Assembly (NCBI RefSeq): GCF_963921235.1
Contig: NC_086097.1
Coordinates: 128,776,001-128,840,000, forward strand
DNA: 64,000 bases
Source of the DNA: Mobula hypostoma
Lineage: Eukaryota
Direction: 5' to 3'
Of the stretch, positions 24,301 to 37,829 are shown piece by piece. The notes under the pieces were generated by a model that saw nothing but the letters and a program-made list of their open reading frames with translations, was not told where the DNA came from and did no database searches. Each line of letters starts with the position of its first letter. The first letter of the stretch is position 1. The position numbers and the translations under genes were made by a program.

Positions 24301-25399
24301 CCACAGATTGAAGCAATCGGGCAGCAGGTTGCACTGGACTTGGATGGACTTCACATTTGCTGTCACTTACCAGGCCAGACTCAAGAACCAATCAGTGTGG
24401 CCTCTGCGCCTGATAGTCAGGAAACTGTCAGAGCCCAGCCAGGACCCACCTCCAAAGAACAAGATTGGCTTTTGGCAGCTGACAAAACCGGAGGCATGGT
24501 CTCATATCCTGTTAAAATCTATCCAATGATGTCACATGTCTCAGGTTATAGAGTTATAGCATGGAGACAGGCCCTTCTACGCAACTGACCCATGCTGACA
24601 ATGGTGTCTACCTGACCTCATCCAGTCTGCCCACATTTGGCCCACGTCCCTCTAAACTTTTCCTGTCCATGTTCCTGTCCAAAGGTCTTTTAAGCATTAT
24701 AATTGTACCCACCTCTACCACCTCTTCTAGCTACTTGTACCAAAAAATTTCCACCTTTTTGGTGGAAAAGTTGCTCCTTGGGCCCTCTTAAAATGCTTTC
24801 CCTCTCAGCGTAAATCTGAGACCTCTATAGTTTTAGACTCCACTACCTTGGGAAAAAACCTGTGATGTTGCAAAAATTTGAACAATTATGTTGGTACTCC
24901 TTAAAAATTTAGAAAACAAAAATGCTTGAGATCACATTGAAATACAATAAAGACACTAAGCTGAGGTATACTCTTTTTTTTAAATAACACTCTTAATTTG
25001 TCTTAATTTAGTCTGAAAGTCCCATTGAAGATATCGGAATGCCAAGTTTACAAACATTTCCCCACAACAAATATGTCTAACACTAGAGGGCATAGGTTTA
25101 GAATAGGGAGTAGAAGGTTTAGTAGGTATCTGAGAAAAAAACCTTTTAACCCTGTAGGTGGTTAGAATCTGGAACACACTGCCTGTATGGATGATGGAGG
25201 CAGACACTCTCACAAATTTACGAAGTATCTAGATGAGTACTTGATTTATAAATACATAAAAGGTTACAGAACAAGTGCTGATACATGTGATTGTCATATG
25301 GGTATGTTGGATCTCCCATGTCCTGTTTCTGTGCTGGGTGAATAGATGAAATAGCAAAATCAATATAAGGCACCTGCCTTCAAGTCAGTTAGGTTCCTT

Positions 25400-25815
25400 C
25401 CAGTGATGTTGTGGGGATGGAATTGGACTCTCTGATGGTGGTGTCTGAAAAGAGGATGCTGTTCAAGTTGCATGCCATCTTGGACAATGTCTCCCATCCA
25501 CTACATAATGGACTGGTTGGGCACAGGAGTACATTCAGCCAGAGACTCATTCCACCGAGATGCAACACAGAGCGTCATAGGAAGTGATTCCTGCCTGTGG
25601 CCATCAAACTTTACAACTCCTCCCTTGGAGGGTCAGACACCCTGAGCCAATGGGCTGGTCCTGGACTTATTTCCATCTGGCATAATTTACATATCATTAT
25701 TTAATTATTTATGGTTTTATATTGCTATATTTACACTCTATTCTTGGTTGGTGCAACTGTAACAAAACCCAATTTCCCTCGGGATCAATAAAGTATGTCT
25801 ATTTATCAATCTATC
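25400..25815 (+). mobile_element. Rex1-like LINE 3' fragment (young family)
   Basis: High identity to 39678-40070; ends in aataaagtatgtctat. Confidence 0.85.
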
Positions 25816-27189
25816 TATGAATGTTTTCTATTCATTCATGTGATATGAATGTCACAGGCAAGATTGATATTAAATGTTCACCTCTATTGGCCACAATAAA
25901 CCAACTGAACTATTGTGGTCTGAAGCCAATGTAGGATTCCCATTCCCAAAGAATGCTAGTGAACCAGGTGGGCTTATGACATTACTGTTGATTCATGACC
26001 TTTCACTACAAGTTGATTTAATCCTCTGCATTGAAACTCACATTCCCTGATCACTGATCCAGGTCACAGTCCTGAAGACTGCAAACATCTCAAACAGAGG
26101 GCATTTCCAATTATGTCTCTTTATCCACTTTAATTATAAGCTCTCTGTCTCTCCCCTCTCCTTCTCAATGACATCAACTCATCACCTCTTTAATCTTCCT
26201 CTTTTCTCTCCTCAATGAGGGTATCATTTTGGTAACTTTCTCCCCCTCAGATCATCTTCCAGTCCTCTTTGAGCATGCCATAGTGAATTGGTCTTACCTC
26301 TTGTGACCTCTTTGATGCTTTTGTCATTTTATCTTGTGCATGAATGGTCAGGTTTTATTTTGGAGTGTTCTCTCATTTATAGAGAGATAATCTTGACCTT
26401 AAGAGGTGGTTTAAAATGGGCAATAAAGGAGAAGTCCCTCAACGTGGCTTATTATCATTTTATCGACTTCAGAATCAATAAGTACAGGAAACAAAAGGCA
26501 CTTTAGGTAAAATTCAACCCCCATTTTGGTTCTTCGTGGTAGTTTTAGCATCTTTCAATCTTGTGTTCAAGTTCAAGTTGATGTTTATCGTGATGGGCAT
26601 GAACACACAGGACATAAATGCCATAAAACATGATGGCAGCATTACATTGAAAACTAAGAACTGAGAGTACCATGTGCTGTAACTTTAGATACATTGTTGT
26701 ACCAGGAACTACCAGTAGTTGAGAGTTAGCCATCAAAAAAGGATGTTCTTTTGGCATTTCTCTCTATTTTCTGAAACCCATGATCAGATTTTGCCACCAA
26801 ACCATCTTTCTATACTATATAAGTGCCAAGGCATCGACTGCACAGGGTTAGACAAATTTAATTTGGGGAAGATCTTTCACTAAGCTCTGACTAGAATTGC
26901 TTGCAGATAAGCCCATAACAAGGCCATTCGCAATAGTGAGCTATCGGTCAGCCATGCGTTCTAAAGATGGAATCCCTGGGGTACTAGTGTAGTGCTAGCC
27001 TCCCAAGATTTGCCTAAAGATCAGTCAGGTAAATTGCTTAGTCATCTTGAGTCAAATCTAGGGCAGTAGAGAAATGCCATTAAGATCAATGCAAGACATT
27101 GGCTGCTGGAGGAAGAACAAGAAGAGTTCTCCAGTTGCTTTGGTTAGATTAGCTTAACTACTTTCATTTGTCCTTATATATACACGCAC

Positions 27190-27480
27190 AAGGAGACATC
27201 ATTTTAAGGTGATTAGAGGAAAGTATGGGGGGATGTCAGAGGTAGGTTTTTCACACAGAGAGTAGTAGGAATGTGAAATGTGCTGCCAAAGGTTTTGGTA
27301 GAGGCAGATACATTAAGGACATTTAAGAGACTCATAGATAGGCACGTGGATGAAAGTAAAATGGAGGACTGTGTGGGAGGGAAGAGTTAGATTGATCTTA
27401 AGAGTAGGTTTAAAGGTTGGCGTAACATTGCGGGCCAAAGGGCCTGTACAGTGCTGTACTGTTCTATCATCTATGTTCTA
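27190..27480 (+). mobile_element. CR1 3' fragment
   Basis: ttttcacacagagagtagtagg...gggccaaagggcctgtac...gttctatcatctatgttcta tail. Confidence 0.8.
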
Positions 27481-27863
27481 GTTCAGTGGCTCAGCAGTAT
27501 CTGTGGAGTGAAATGGGCAGTTAACATTTTGGTTTAAGATCCTTCATCAGTCTAGACCTGAACAGTGACTGTCTTTTTCACTTCACAGATGCTGCCCTAC
27601 CCATTGAGTTCCTCCAGCTTTTTGAAAGATGCTCCAAATTTATGTATCTGTAGTCTCTTGTGCCAGAATTTAGCACTCATCCCTAAATACCCTTGAACTG
27701 AATGATAATTAGCCATTTAGCCAGAGATCAGATGGCAGATTTGCATTCTTTAAAAACATTGGTGAACTTTAGGTGTTTTTTGCTGGCTAATGATCAGATT
27801 TAATTAATTAATTAAATTCTATAGCTGCTGTAGTAGGATTTGGACTCGCATCTCCAAGCCTCA

Positions 27864-28281
27864 TGTCACCAAAGTTCGGATATGGCCCAAGTGTGGAGTG
27901 GGAGACACTGAAGTGGGTCAATATTTCACCGACTTTAATGCAAACAGTGTTATAGGGAAAAGGAAACAATAGGCACTGGGCCAAACAGGGCTGTTAGCTA
28001 AAACTCTCTAATGATAAATGAAGCCTACACTGCAGCTGAAAAGAACAACTAAGAATAAAACAGATACCGCTGGTCTTCAGAGTCAGCTGACTCGACAGTC
28101 CAATTTCTCAGGCAAGGCGGAATGCAATCAGGCAGTAAAGTGTTGTTGTGCCTGTGTCCCAACAAAGACTATGACGGAATGAATGGAGTTAAATACTATC
28201 ACATTGAAATAATTAGCTGACGTGCATATTCACGAGCATAATTGCCGTATCCACTGCCCTGCCGAATCCATGGTTGTGACA
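27864..28281 (-). mobile_element. Solo LTR (Gypsy/BEL-type)
   Basis: 418 bp bounded by TGTCAC...GTGACA. Flanks CCTCA / GCTCA form a 5-bp TSD with one mismatch. Minus-strand TATTTAA (~28190) lies upstream of ATTAAA (27939-27934). Confidence 0.7.
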
Positions 28282-29639
28282 GCTCAATGCTACGAGTCCA
28301 ACAACATCTAAAATTATGCTACCTTTATGTGTACAGCCATTCTTCATTTCAATGCTATGCACGTGTCCTAATTGCGTCCCTCACAATCCCCTGTTGTCGA
28401 TTCAATAGTAATTACGAAGGAAGATTTGGTTTATATGCTGTATGTTAATGATACCATAACACAGCAGGAATACTTCCTCTCCTTGTGAATTCCAGTAAAA
28501 TTGCCTGTAATAAAGCCTGTTTCATTGGAAAATTTTAAATTATTTTGCCATGCACAGTAATTAGACAAAAGTTTTCTCATTCGGAGAAATTATTAGGACA
28601 ATAGAAGAAAGGAATATTGCATCACTAACTTCCAGAGTGAAGTGTGTACCTTTTTGACTGGAAATATTACAACTTCTTACCATCAGAATTTTAATTTCAA
28701 ATATAACCTTTATTCATTAAATAAAAACAAAATGGCAGTACAAAACCTTACATTCTGGGTGTTATTTGGTCAATATATTCAGTAGTGTTAATGTAGCATC
28801 ATTGGCAATCATGTGGCTCCCTGGGGTAATAAACCTCCATTGCATCCCCACCAAACCCAGCCCCTCAATGCCCAGTAGCAGAAAGGCCCTAGACTGTAGT
28901 CTTTCCCCACAGCCCTTGCATTGGCTGCATCAATCTTCAGTGCTTCCCTCAGCATGTACTCCTGCAGCCTGACATATTGTTCGAGACATAAACTATCGAC
29001 TGGTTGATCTCAGTGATTGAAGCAGCATCTATGGGTGGAAAGGAATGGATATCTTCTTCCCTTAGACGTATCTTCCAGCTATTGAGGGAGCAACACTGAG
29101 TATACCTTCTTTGCTGGTGTTCCTAATTAAAAGTCCTGGAGACCTCGAAACCTCTTTAAGGGATGGTGACTTGTGATTTTGATTTGATGCATTAAGAAGT
29201 GATAAATTGTTGTCTTCCTTTTCCAATCAGTAGCCAATAATGATAGCACTGTGTAAGTACAATTGGGAATTATGTGAATTGAAATATGACACACCATGTC
29301 ACACCACCATACAGATTACAATTTTGTGCAGAAAGCATATGTGCTTTATAGCTGCAATTAAATGTTTTTCTTCCAAAAAACTCCAGTGAGAACATTTGAG
29401 AAAATGTCTTTTTAATCATCTATATAGCTGTGAAAACTACAGCCTCATGATAGCTCCGAATGTCTGCGCACTTAAAATTAATTGTAATCCATAGCTTTAG
29501 AAAATAAAAAGCTCTCTAGTTCCCAGATCAGTATTTAATTCAAATGTATTTTTTTTAATCATGCAGCTGTTTCCACTGCCTGAACCTTTCCAACAGTGGC
29601 ATCTATCTCCTGAACATCAATCTGTCTCTTGTTTTTTTT

Positions 29640-30480
29640 TGTTGCTGCCCGTTTACAGAGGCTGAGCTTCAACACATCACCAGTGTATGAGAAAACACTG
29701 GCAAAATTAGAAACAAGTCAGTCTCTACTCCACAACATCACCCCTGACGTAAAGTTCTACAAAGAGACCCTGACCAATTCTCTTATCTTGAGAGCCGCCT
29801 CTCAGTGAAATCAGACTGATGATGAAATACACCATCACCTTCAACTCCGTATTTGGTCCTACCAGGAAAAATGCTCAAAGATGCAGGTAAATTAGATTAG
29901 AGTAGACAGGCAAAAGGGTTAGTATGATTGTGGTGGGCTGATGGGCTTGCTTCTGTGCTATACAACTGTACATTTGTGCCGTTATAAAGACTTCAAACTT
30001 GACACAAAGCTCCCAGTCTACCTGCATGCTTCAGAAACATGGACTATTAACAACAGGCCCTTCAAAACACTGGGAAAGTACACTATTACATCTGCAAAAC
30101 CTGCTGGCAAGAAAAGCAAACATCAGTATCCTCTCCCAAGCCATCACCTCCAGGACTGAGGTAAAAACAGAAAGAGCAGGAAATACTCAACAGGTCATGC
30201 AGCATCTGTAGAGAGTGAAACAGAGCTAACATTTCAGCTCAATGATCTTTCATCAGCTTAAATGTCCCAATTGCACTCAGTCAGCTCCGGTGAGTTGCAA
30301 ATTCACCAGAAACTCCTGGGAATTCTTGACCAATAATTGTTTAAAATGGAGAAAGGGTGCTTAAGCGCTACTGAAAGCATTGAATCCCAATGTTGGGAAC
30401 ACATAGAATCATAAACAAAATGGAAGAAGGAGTGCATCACCTCCTAAACTGCCCTCCACCCCACTTCCCTGAAAAAAAAC
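29640..30480 (+). mobile_element. Highly decayed RTE-like LINE fragments with small insertions
   Basis: tcttatcttgagagccgcctctcagtg...gatgatgaaatacaccatcacc resembles YLGS.LS...DDEI..R; ASETWT motif in ORF 29941-30159. Confidence 0.45.
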
Positions 30481-30576
30481 TCAATTCATTAATTCCTGAA
30501 AATCTCACATTATGTTCTTGCACTTTCTAAGTGATGTATACATGTGAGTAACACAGTAAATGTGCTTTTATTTTAA

Positions 30577-31812
30577 ACACACACAAAATGCTGGAACAAC
30601 TCAGCAGGTCAGGCAGCATCTATGGAAATGAATAAACAGTTGATATTTCAGGCCGAGACCCTTCATCAGGACTGGGAGGGGAAAGAGGACAAGCCAGAAG
30701 GTGATAGGTGAAGCCAGGTGGGTGGGAAAGGTGAAGGGCTGGAGATGAAGGAACCTGATCGGAGAGGAGAGTGGACGATGGGAGAAAGGGAAGAAGGAAG
30801 GCCTGGCAGGGGAGGTGATAGGCAGGTGAAGAGAAGAGCTCAGAGGCCAGAGTGGGGAATAGAAGGAGAGGGAAGGAAGAGGGGAAGATACTAGAAGGAG
30901 AAGTCGATGTTCATGCCATCACGTTGGAGGCTACCCAGACTGAATATGAGATGTGCTCCTCCACCCTGAGAGTGGACTCATCATGGCCAACGAGAAGGCC
31001 ATGGACTGATATGTCAAAATAGGAATGGGGATAAGAATTACAATGGTGGCCACCAGGGAATTTTGGTTTTGGTGGATAGAGCAGACGTGCTTGGCAAAGC
31101 AATCCTCCAACTTATGTCAGGTTTCACCAACATAGAGAAGGCCACAATGGGAGCATTGCATATAGTAGATGACCTCAATAGATTTGCAGGTGAAGTGTTG
31201 GTACAGTGCTTTTGTCACTTATAGGAGGGAGATTAGTGGGGAGAGATGAATGGACAAGATCAATGATAGAGGGAATGATCCTTGCAGAAAGCAGAGATGG
31301 AGGGATGTAAAGGTGTGTTTGGTGGTAGGAAGCCATTTAAGATGGTCAGAAGTTGCAGAGAATAATGATTGGATGCAGAGGCTCATGGGGTGGTAGGTAA
31401 GGGCAAGAGGAACTCTATCACTATAAAGGCAATGGGAAGATAGGGTGAGGGCATTTGTCCAGGAAATTTAGGAAATATGGGTGAGGACAGCGTCAATGGT
31501 GGAAGAAGAGAAACTCCGTTCTTTGAAGAAGGAGGACATCTCTGATGTTCTGGAAATGGAAAGCCTCATCCTGGGAAAACATGCAGTGGAGTCAAAGAAA
31601 TGGGAAAAGCATTTTTACAGGAGATAGGATGGAAGAGATTTAGTCTTGATAGCCCTAGGAATCGGTAGATTTATGAAAATATTGGTAGACAGTTTGTCTC
31701 CTGAAATGGAGAAAGAGAGATTGAGGCAGGGGAGAGAGGGGTCAGAAATGGACCAAGTGAATTTAAGGGCAGGGTGGAAGTTGGAGGCAAAGTTGATGAA
31801 ATTGACAAGCTT
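30577..31812 (-). mobile_element. Penelope-like element remnant: RT C-terminal part, GIY-YIG endonuclease and terminal repeat
   Basis: Minus-strand translation of ~31810-31740 gives LVNFINFASNFHPALKFTWSISD. 31200-31081 gives QHFTCKSIEVIYYMQCSHCGLLYVGET*HKLEDCFAKH (VIY...YVGET = GIY-YIG). Confidence 0.9.
30637..30674 (-). ncRNA. Minimal type I hammerhead ribozyme-like motif in the PLE terminal repeat
   Basis: Minus strand cagtc-CTGATGA-agggtctcggcct-GAAA-TA-TC-aactg. It has both conserved boxes, a short stem II, stem I cagtc/aactg (one mismatch), and a palindromic ATAT in place of stem III. Confidence 0.6.
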
Positions 31813-32854
31813 CTTTTGTCATTAACAAATGCCTGTGTGAACACTTGTATTTGCTCATAAATTAGCAGGGATCATGCAAATCAGTCAATGCCTTACCCAA
31901 TAAAATGGATAAGTTGTTGAAAGAATGCTAACCAGAATTTGTAGCAAAATAAGTAGGTTGTATTTTTTCTGTACAAACATGGCATTAATGCTTCCCTAAC
32001 AGTTTATTGTAGCAGACATGACTGTCAACATTTCTGTCATTGTGCTTCATGTCAGTTCCTTGTATTTAGTTAAAATACAAGAGCTGATGAAAGATAAAAC
32101 AAAGCAGTGTAATTTGCAGTCTATATATATTGTATGACATTAGATGCTGTTTTAGACCAGTAAATGGTGCCTCCCTGAAAGAGATTTTCTAAATAAAATT
32201 ACAGGAGTTGTCCAGTTGAATACGGCTGCAGTTTCTACTGAGTGGCAACTGTGTGCAGCCTGTAGCAACACAGAACTGAGGATTCTTTTCAAGTGTTGAG
32301 ATTGACACAACTGAGTGGACTGTGAGTCTCAGAGAAGAGTCTGCGGTCATCAAGGGAGTGAAGCGTTGGACTCACATACTTGTCAACCTGAGCACAGAGC
32401 CTTCTCTTTGAGGACCAAGCAGTGGTATCCCATTTAAACAAGTGTGCCACCACTTCTGCAGACAGCAGCTTCTTACTTACACCATCTTAAACACTGAATT
32501 CTCCAATTACTACAGTCCAATTTAAAACCATATTCTCTAGATTAAAGTTCAATGTGTTACATAAAAAGTATGAAACAAGTGTTTCTGCTTGTTCAGCTCT
32601 CTGGCGGAGATACGTAGCAGCATTTATTGCTATTCTACACAGCAGGTACTTCAAGCAGGTGAGTGTTCCTCACATTATACCGCACTGCTAATGGGATGTG
32701 AGACCAACTCAAGAGGCAGCAGTTGCCAGGCAATCAGAAGATTACAGGGCAGTCATGAGATTCTGATATTGAACTAATTTTGATAGAAATCTCAGCAAAC
32801 TAAAAAAAAATGTACAGCATGCTGTGTGCTCCTGATAGCTAACTCACCTCTTTT

Positions 32855-33457
32855 GAATGAAAGGGATTGATGAATCAGCATACAGGAGGGAGATTGAACA
32901 CTTGGGCTGAGTGGTGTCATTACAATGTCACTAAGACCAAAGAAACGATAGTAGACTTCAGGAGAGGGAAACCAGAGGTCCATGTGCCATTAATCATTGG
33001 AGGATCAGAGGTGGAGAGGGTCAGTAATTTTAGATTCCTGGGTATCACTATCTCAGTGGACCTATCCTGGACACATCATATAAATACTATTGCGAAGAAA
33101 GCACGAAAGCCTTGGCAAACTTCTATACTTGTGTGGTCGAAAGTGTGGTGGAAAGTGTGCTAACTGGCTGCATTACAGCTTGCTATGGGAACACTGATGC
33201 CTTTGAGCAGAAAATCTTACAAAAGGTGAGGGATTCGGCCCAGTACATGATAGGTGAAATCTTCCCAACCATTGAGAACATCTACATGAAATGTTGCTGT
33301 AGAAAAGCAGCATCCATCATCAAAGATCCCCACCATCCAGGCCATGCTTTTTTCTCACTGCATTTTCTCACTTATTTATATCTACATTTGCACAGTTTGT
33401 TTACAGTTACAGTTCCTGATGTTTACAATTTACAGTTATTGTTCTATAGATTTGCTA

Positions 33458-33460
<3 letters not shown>
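32855..33460 (+). mobile_element. Rex1/Babar-like LINE, C-terminal fragment
   Basis: KTKETIVDFRR...VERVSNFRFLGITIS.DLSW; FYTC.VESVLTGCIT.CYGN; AASIIKDPHHPGH. Confidence 0.85.

Positions 33461-33461
<1 letters not shown>

Positions 33462-33503
<42 letters not shown>
33462..33503. repeat. (AC)21 microsatellite
   Basis: Read directly from the sequence. Confidence 0.98.
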
Positions 33504-33504
<1 letters not shown>

Positions 33505-33505
<1 letters not shown>

Positions 33506-34100
33506 CTCTCTCGCAGATAAGCTAAATCTTTTTTACGCTCGATTCGATGTCACCAATTCTGAGACCCTGAGGAGAACTGCAGATGATGTGACCAGCAGCT
33601 TGGTCATCTCTGAGGCTGAAGTACGCAGGTGTTTCCAATGGGTGGACAGTCACAAGGCTGCAGGACCGGATGAGATCCCAGGGCAGGTACTCAGGCTGTG
33701 CGCTGCACAACTGGCAGGTGCGTTTACCGACATTTTTAATCTCTCCCTCTCCCAATGTAGAGTGCTCTCCTGCTGCAAAACATCCACCATTGTCCCTGTA
33801 CCCAAAAAGACCAAGGTTACATGCCTGAATGATTGGTGCCCTGTCGCACCCACCTCAATAATAAGCAAATGCTTTGAGAGACTGATCAAGGATTACATCT
33901 GCACCATGCTACCATCCAAACTGGACCCCCTACAATTCACCTACTGACACTACAGATCAACAGACGATGTAATAGCCACCGCTCTACACACCGTCCTTAC
34001 ACATCTGGAGAAGAGGGATGCTTATGTGAGAATGCTGTTCTTCAACTACAGTTCAGCATTCAACACCATAATTCCTTCCAGGCTCAACAGGAAGCTCAGA
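33505..34100 (+). mobile_element. Rex1/Babar-like LINE, RT N-terminal fragment
   Basis: KAAGPDEIPGQVLR.CA.QLAG.FTDIFNLSL...TIVPVPKK...CLND..PVA.TS...KCFERL...LDPLQF, then SSAFNTI. Confidence 0.9.
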
Positions 34101-35894
34101 GCCAACTGAGAGGGTAAGAAGATGATGGACTGGTGGGGCTGTTTCATCAGTGTAGGCTGAATTTAAATCTAAGAAATCACCCTTCAGACCATTTCCAGGA
34201 ACCATTCAAACAAGCGAATACTGATAGCTAGTCAGCAGCCTACACTATCATCCTCAGAGATTTAACTTACATGTAAATCCATGAAAGGAGTATCAGGACA
34301 TGTACACTATGGACTGCCACTTCAATCGCCCTGTTTAATACAATTGTTCAGAAATGTTCACAACAAAATAGTGAACAGCATTTCTCCAATAAGGACCATT
34401 GATCTCTGGAAGGTGGATAGCATCGTTTATTATGAGCCATAATGGTGCTGTGCAACACAATGTTAATCAATAAGGTCACACCAGCACAACTCTGCTCCAT
34501 TTCAAAGCGATAAGCAATATTGGCGAAAGATACTATTAAGTGACAGCTTCTTCGGAGGACCAATTTAACAAGCAAGGTTATCTATAAAACTTGCACCACT
34601 TCATTCACAAAGACGAGCATTACAGATTACACTTGCACTGCTCACTGCCAACCGCATGTTAATAAGAGCACATTATTTAATTGAGCAGTATGAATAAGCA
34701 GATTCACATTAAACCACGATTTGTTGAATACTTCCGTGGATTGAGCTCTAGTGCACAACATCAATCAGGCAGTCAGCTTCAAGTGTATTCAGTACCACGA
34801 TTGTCGGTACCTCCTGACTCAAACTTGGTGGTTTTGGAAAACTTTCTTTCTCTCAGCTAGGGCAGAGAAGCTGACCCCTCCAGCTGCTCCGTCATTCTTC
34901 AAGATAATGGTTGATCTACTTCAATATAACTTTCCGGTAATATTCCCTCAATATCGAGAATCTGTTTATGTCTATGACTGAACTTCCATGGCTCTCACGG
35001 GGTGTAAAGTTACAATTTTTACCATCCTCATTTCATATGGAAACCACCCACCATTTATTTTCAAACTGCCTCCCTTGGCCCTAGACTCCTCAGTCAAGGG
35101 CAATGACCTGGCTGCATCAAGCATGTAAAATTTTATTTTAAATTTTAAGGACGCTGCTTGTCACAAAATTATTGATTTGGCTCTCCATCCATGGACTCAA
35201 AGGTTCAGTGCTAATCTACTGACCCTTTCTTAGTCTGTAATAATTAGAATACATAATAATATACAAACTTTAATATCAAGAAATAACAGTGCCATTCTAA
35301 TTGTAGATTAAAAAGAATGCCTTGCATTTCTGAAGCATCATTCATAACCTTAGATTGTCCCAAAGCACCTGACACCCAATGAAGCATATTGAAGTGTTAT
35401 GTAGGAAATTATTGAAAGTGCTATGATTATTTCCTGACTAGAGTTTTCAAAATTAAATCAGGCTTCATGACATACATACAATTAACTCTTCATTAATTGC
35501 GTTATGCTTTATTACTCAAATGCTGAATTTGTTTCACATAAATATATATCTGCTGTAAGAGTTTCCTGAAGTCTTCAACCAGAAAACAAACAAGTTGAAA
35601 ATCTGAAAAAAGGAGATGATAAAAATCATGCTGGGTTTAATTTTGTAATGTCGCCATACCGAATCTTGAGCAAGTGGGAGGAATTGGCCTCCTGAAACCT
35701 GGATCCCACTTTCTTTTGTTTAGATGGGCAGTCACAATCCCTCTGCTAATGTCCTCCCTCAGTAAAGCCAAAACCATCAAAGACATTACATCCTCAGCAA
35801 CCTTGGTCTCCACACAATGGCTGCAAAAAATCTCAAATTAAATGTGCATCAAAGATATCTCATTGTAAGCACTGCATTCTGAAAATTTCTCAGA

Positions 35895-36728
35895 ATGAGC
35901 TGAAAAATGGCAGATGGAATTTATTGCAGACAAGTATGAGGTGTTATATTTCACACGCCAGGTAGGACATTCAGGATGAGTGGTAGGGCATTGTGGAGTG
36001 CAGTAGAACAGAGGGATCTAGGAATACAGATCCATAATTCCTTGCAAGTGGCATCACAGGTAGCTGGAGTCGTAAAAAAGCTTTGGCACATTGGCCTTCA
36101 TAAATCAAAATACTGAGTACAGGAGATGAAGGAATCTTATATTCTGATGTTACGTTGAAGTTGTATAAGATATTAGTAAGGCCTAATTTGAAGTATTGTG
36201 TGTAGTTTCGGTCTCCTAACTACAGGAAAGATGTCAATAAGATTGAAAAAGTGCACAGAAAATTTACAGGGGTGTTCCCAGGACTTAAGAACCTGTTGTA
36301 TAGGGAAAGGTTGAATAGTTTAGGACTTTATTCTCTAGAGTGTAGAAGAATAAAGGGAGATTAGATAGCGGTGTACAAAATTATGAGGGCTATAGACAGG
36401 GTAAAGACAAGCAGGCTTCTCCACTGACATTGGATGAAACTAGAACTAGAGATCATGGGTTAAGGGTGAAAGATGAAATGGTAAAGGGAACATGAGGAAG
36501 AACTTTTTCACTCAGAGGGTAGTGAGAGCGTGGAATGAGCTGCCAACGGAAGTGGTGGATGCAGATTCAATTTCAAAAATTAAGAGAAATTTGGATAGGT
36601 ACATGGATTGCAGGGGTATGGAGGGCTTAGGCCCGGGTGCAGGTAAATGGGACTAGGCAGATTAATAGTTCAGTATGGACTAAGACAGGCTGAAGGACAT
36701 GTTTCTGTGCTGTGGTGTTCTATGACTG
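35895..36728 (+). mobile_element. Decayed CR1 3' fragment (~830 bp)
   Basis: Homologous to 2990-3800 (tggcagatggaattt...gtattgtgtgtagttt...aactttttcactcagagggt). Confidence 0.9.
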
Positions 36729-37829
36729 AATAAATGTGAAAGAATGCTGCAAAAGCAAGTTCTGCTTATTCAGAGGCAATTTCAATGACCTTGCATTAGG
36801 TTTTGTTAATTCTAAACTTTCTGAGTTTTTTTAATTATGAAGAATGATGATTGGTGACACTGAATAAACAACTAAATTCCCTCTCCTCTGTTAGTTTCTC
36901 TCCTTCTCTTTCAACTGTGTTGTATTTAGTTGAACCTAGTTGCAAGTGAGCCACAAAACCTTGAACTTCCTATTCAGATTTTTCACCAAGGAGCAATTTA
37001 TATTTATATTCAGTAGCACTGGTTAAAACCTCCCTCAACATGTATCATAGCTAATGCAGTGTTCTAATTTCAGAAAAAAATACGGTAATTTATAATAGCG
37101 AGCTCCCATTAGCAACACGTAGTCAAAGTGAATTTATTATCAAAGTACATATATGACACCATATACAACCCCGAGATTTATTTTCTTCCAAGCATACACA
37201 ACAAATCCATAACAGAATAATAACCACAATATAATCAATGTAAGACCGCACCAACTTGGTATTCAGCCAGTGTGAAAAATACAACAAACTGCAAATGCGA
37301 AAAAAAAACTAATAATAATAAAGAAGTTAGCAATAAATATTGAGAACATGAGGTCAAGAGTCCTTGAAAGTGAGTCCATAGGTTATGAGAGCATTTCAAT
37401 GATGGGGCAAGAGAAGTCGAGTGAAGTTTGGATCAAGACCATGAAGGTTGAGGGATAATATCTATATCTGAACCTGATGGTGTGAGTCCTGAGGCTCTTG
37501 TACCTTCGCCCTGATGGAAGCAGGGAGAAGACAGCATATCCTGCATGGTGGTGGCCCCTGATGATGGATGCTGCTTGCCTGCCACAACGTTTCGTGTATA
37601 TCGACCAGGTGATGGCTATTCCGTAATGTTGATTCTGGGAAAAATATTGGCCCCAGGAAAGCTAAGCAATCTTCAATGGCCTGCTTTGGAAAAATTACAT
37701 GAGATCATCCAGATCCATCCATTTGCTTGGACTAAAACTCAGTTCATCACTTTATCTGAATATGCTAAAAGACTTCTATAGATGTACTATTCAATACTAT
37801 TGAGTACTGGGCTTTCACTTTGGGGGGTT

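Noticed and set aside
24217..24588. 123-aa ORF as a host exon
   Set aside because: No recognisable domain, it runs into a CR1 tail, and I found no convincing splice context.
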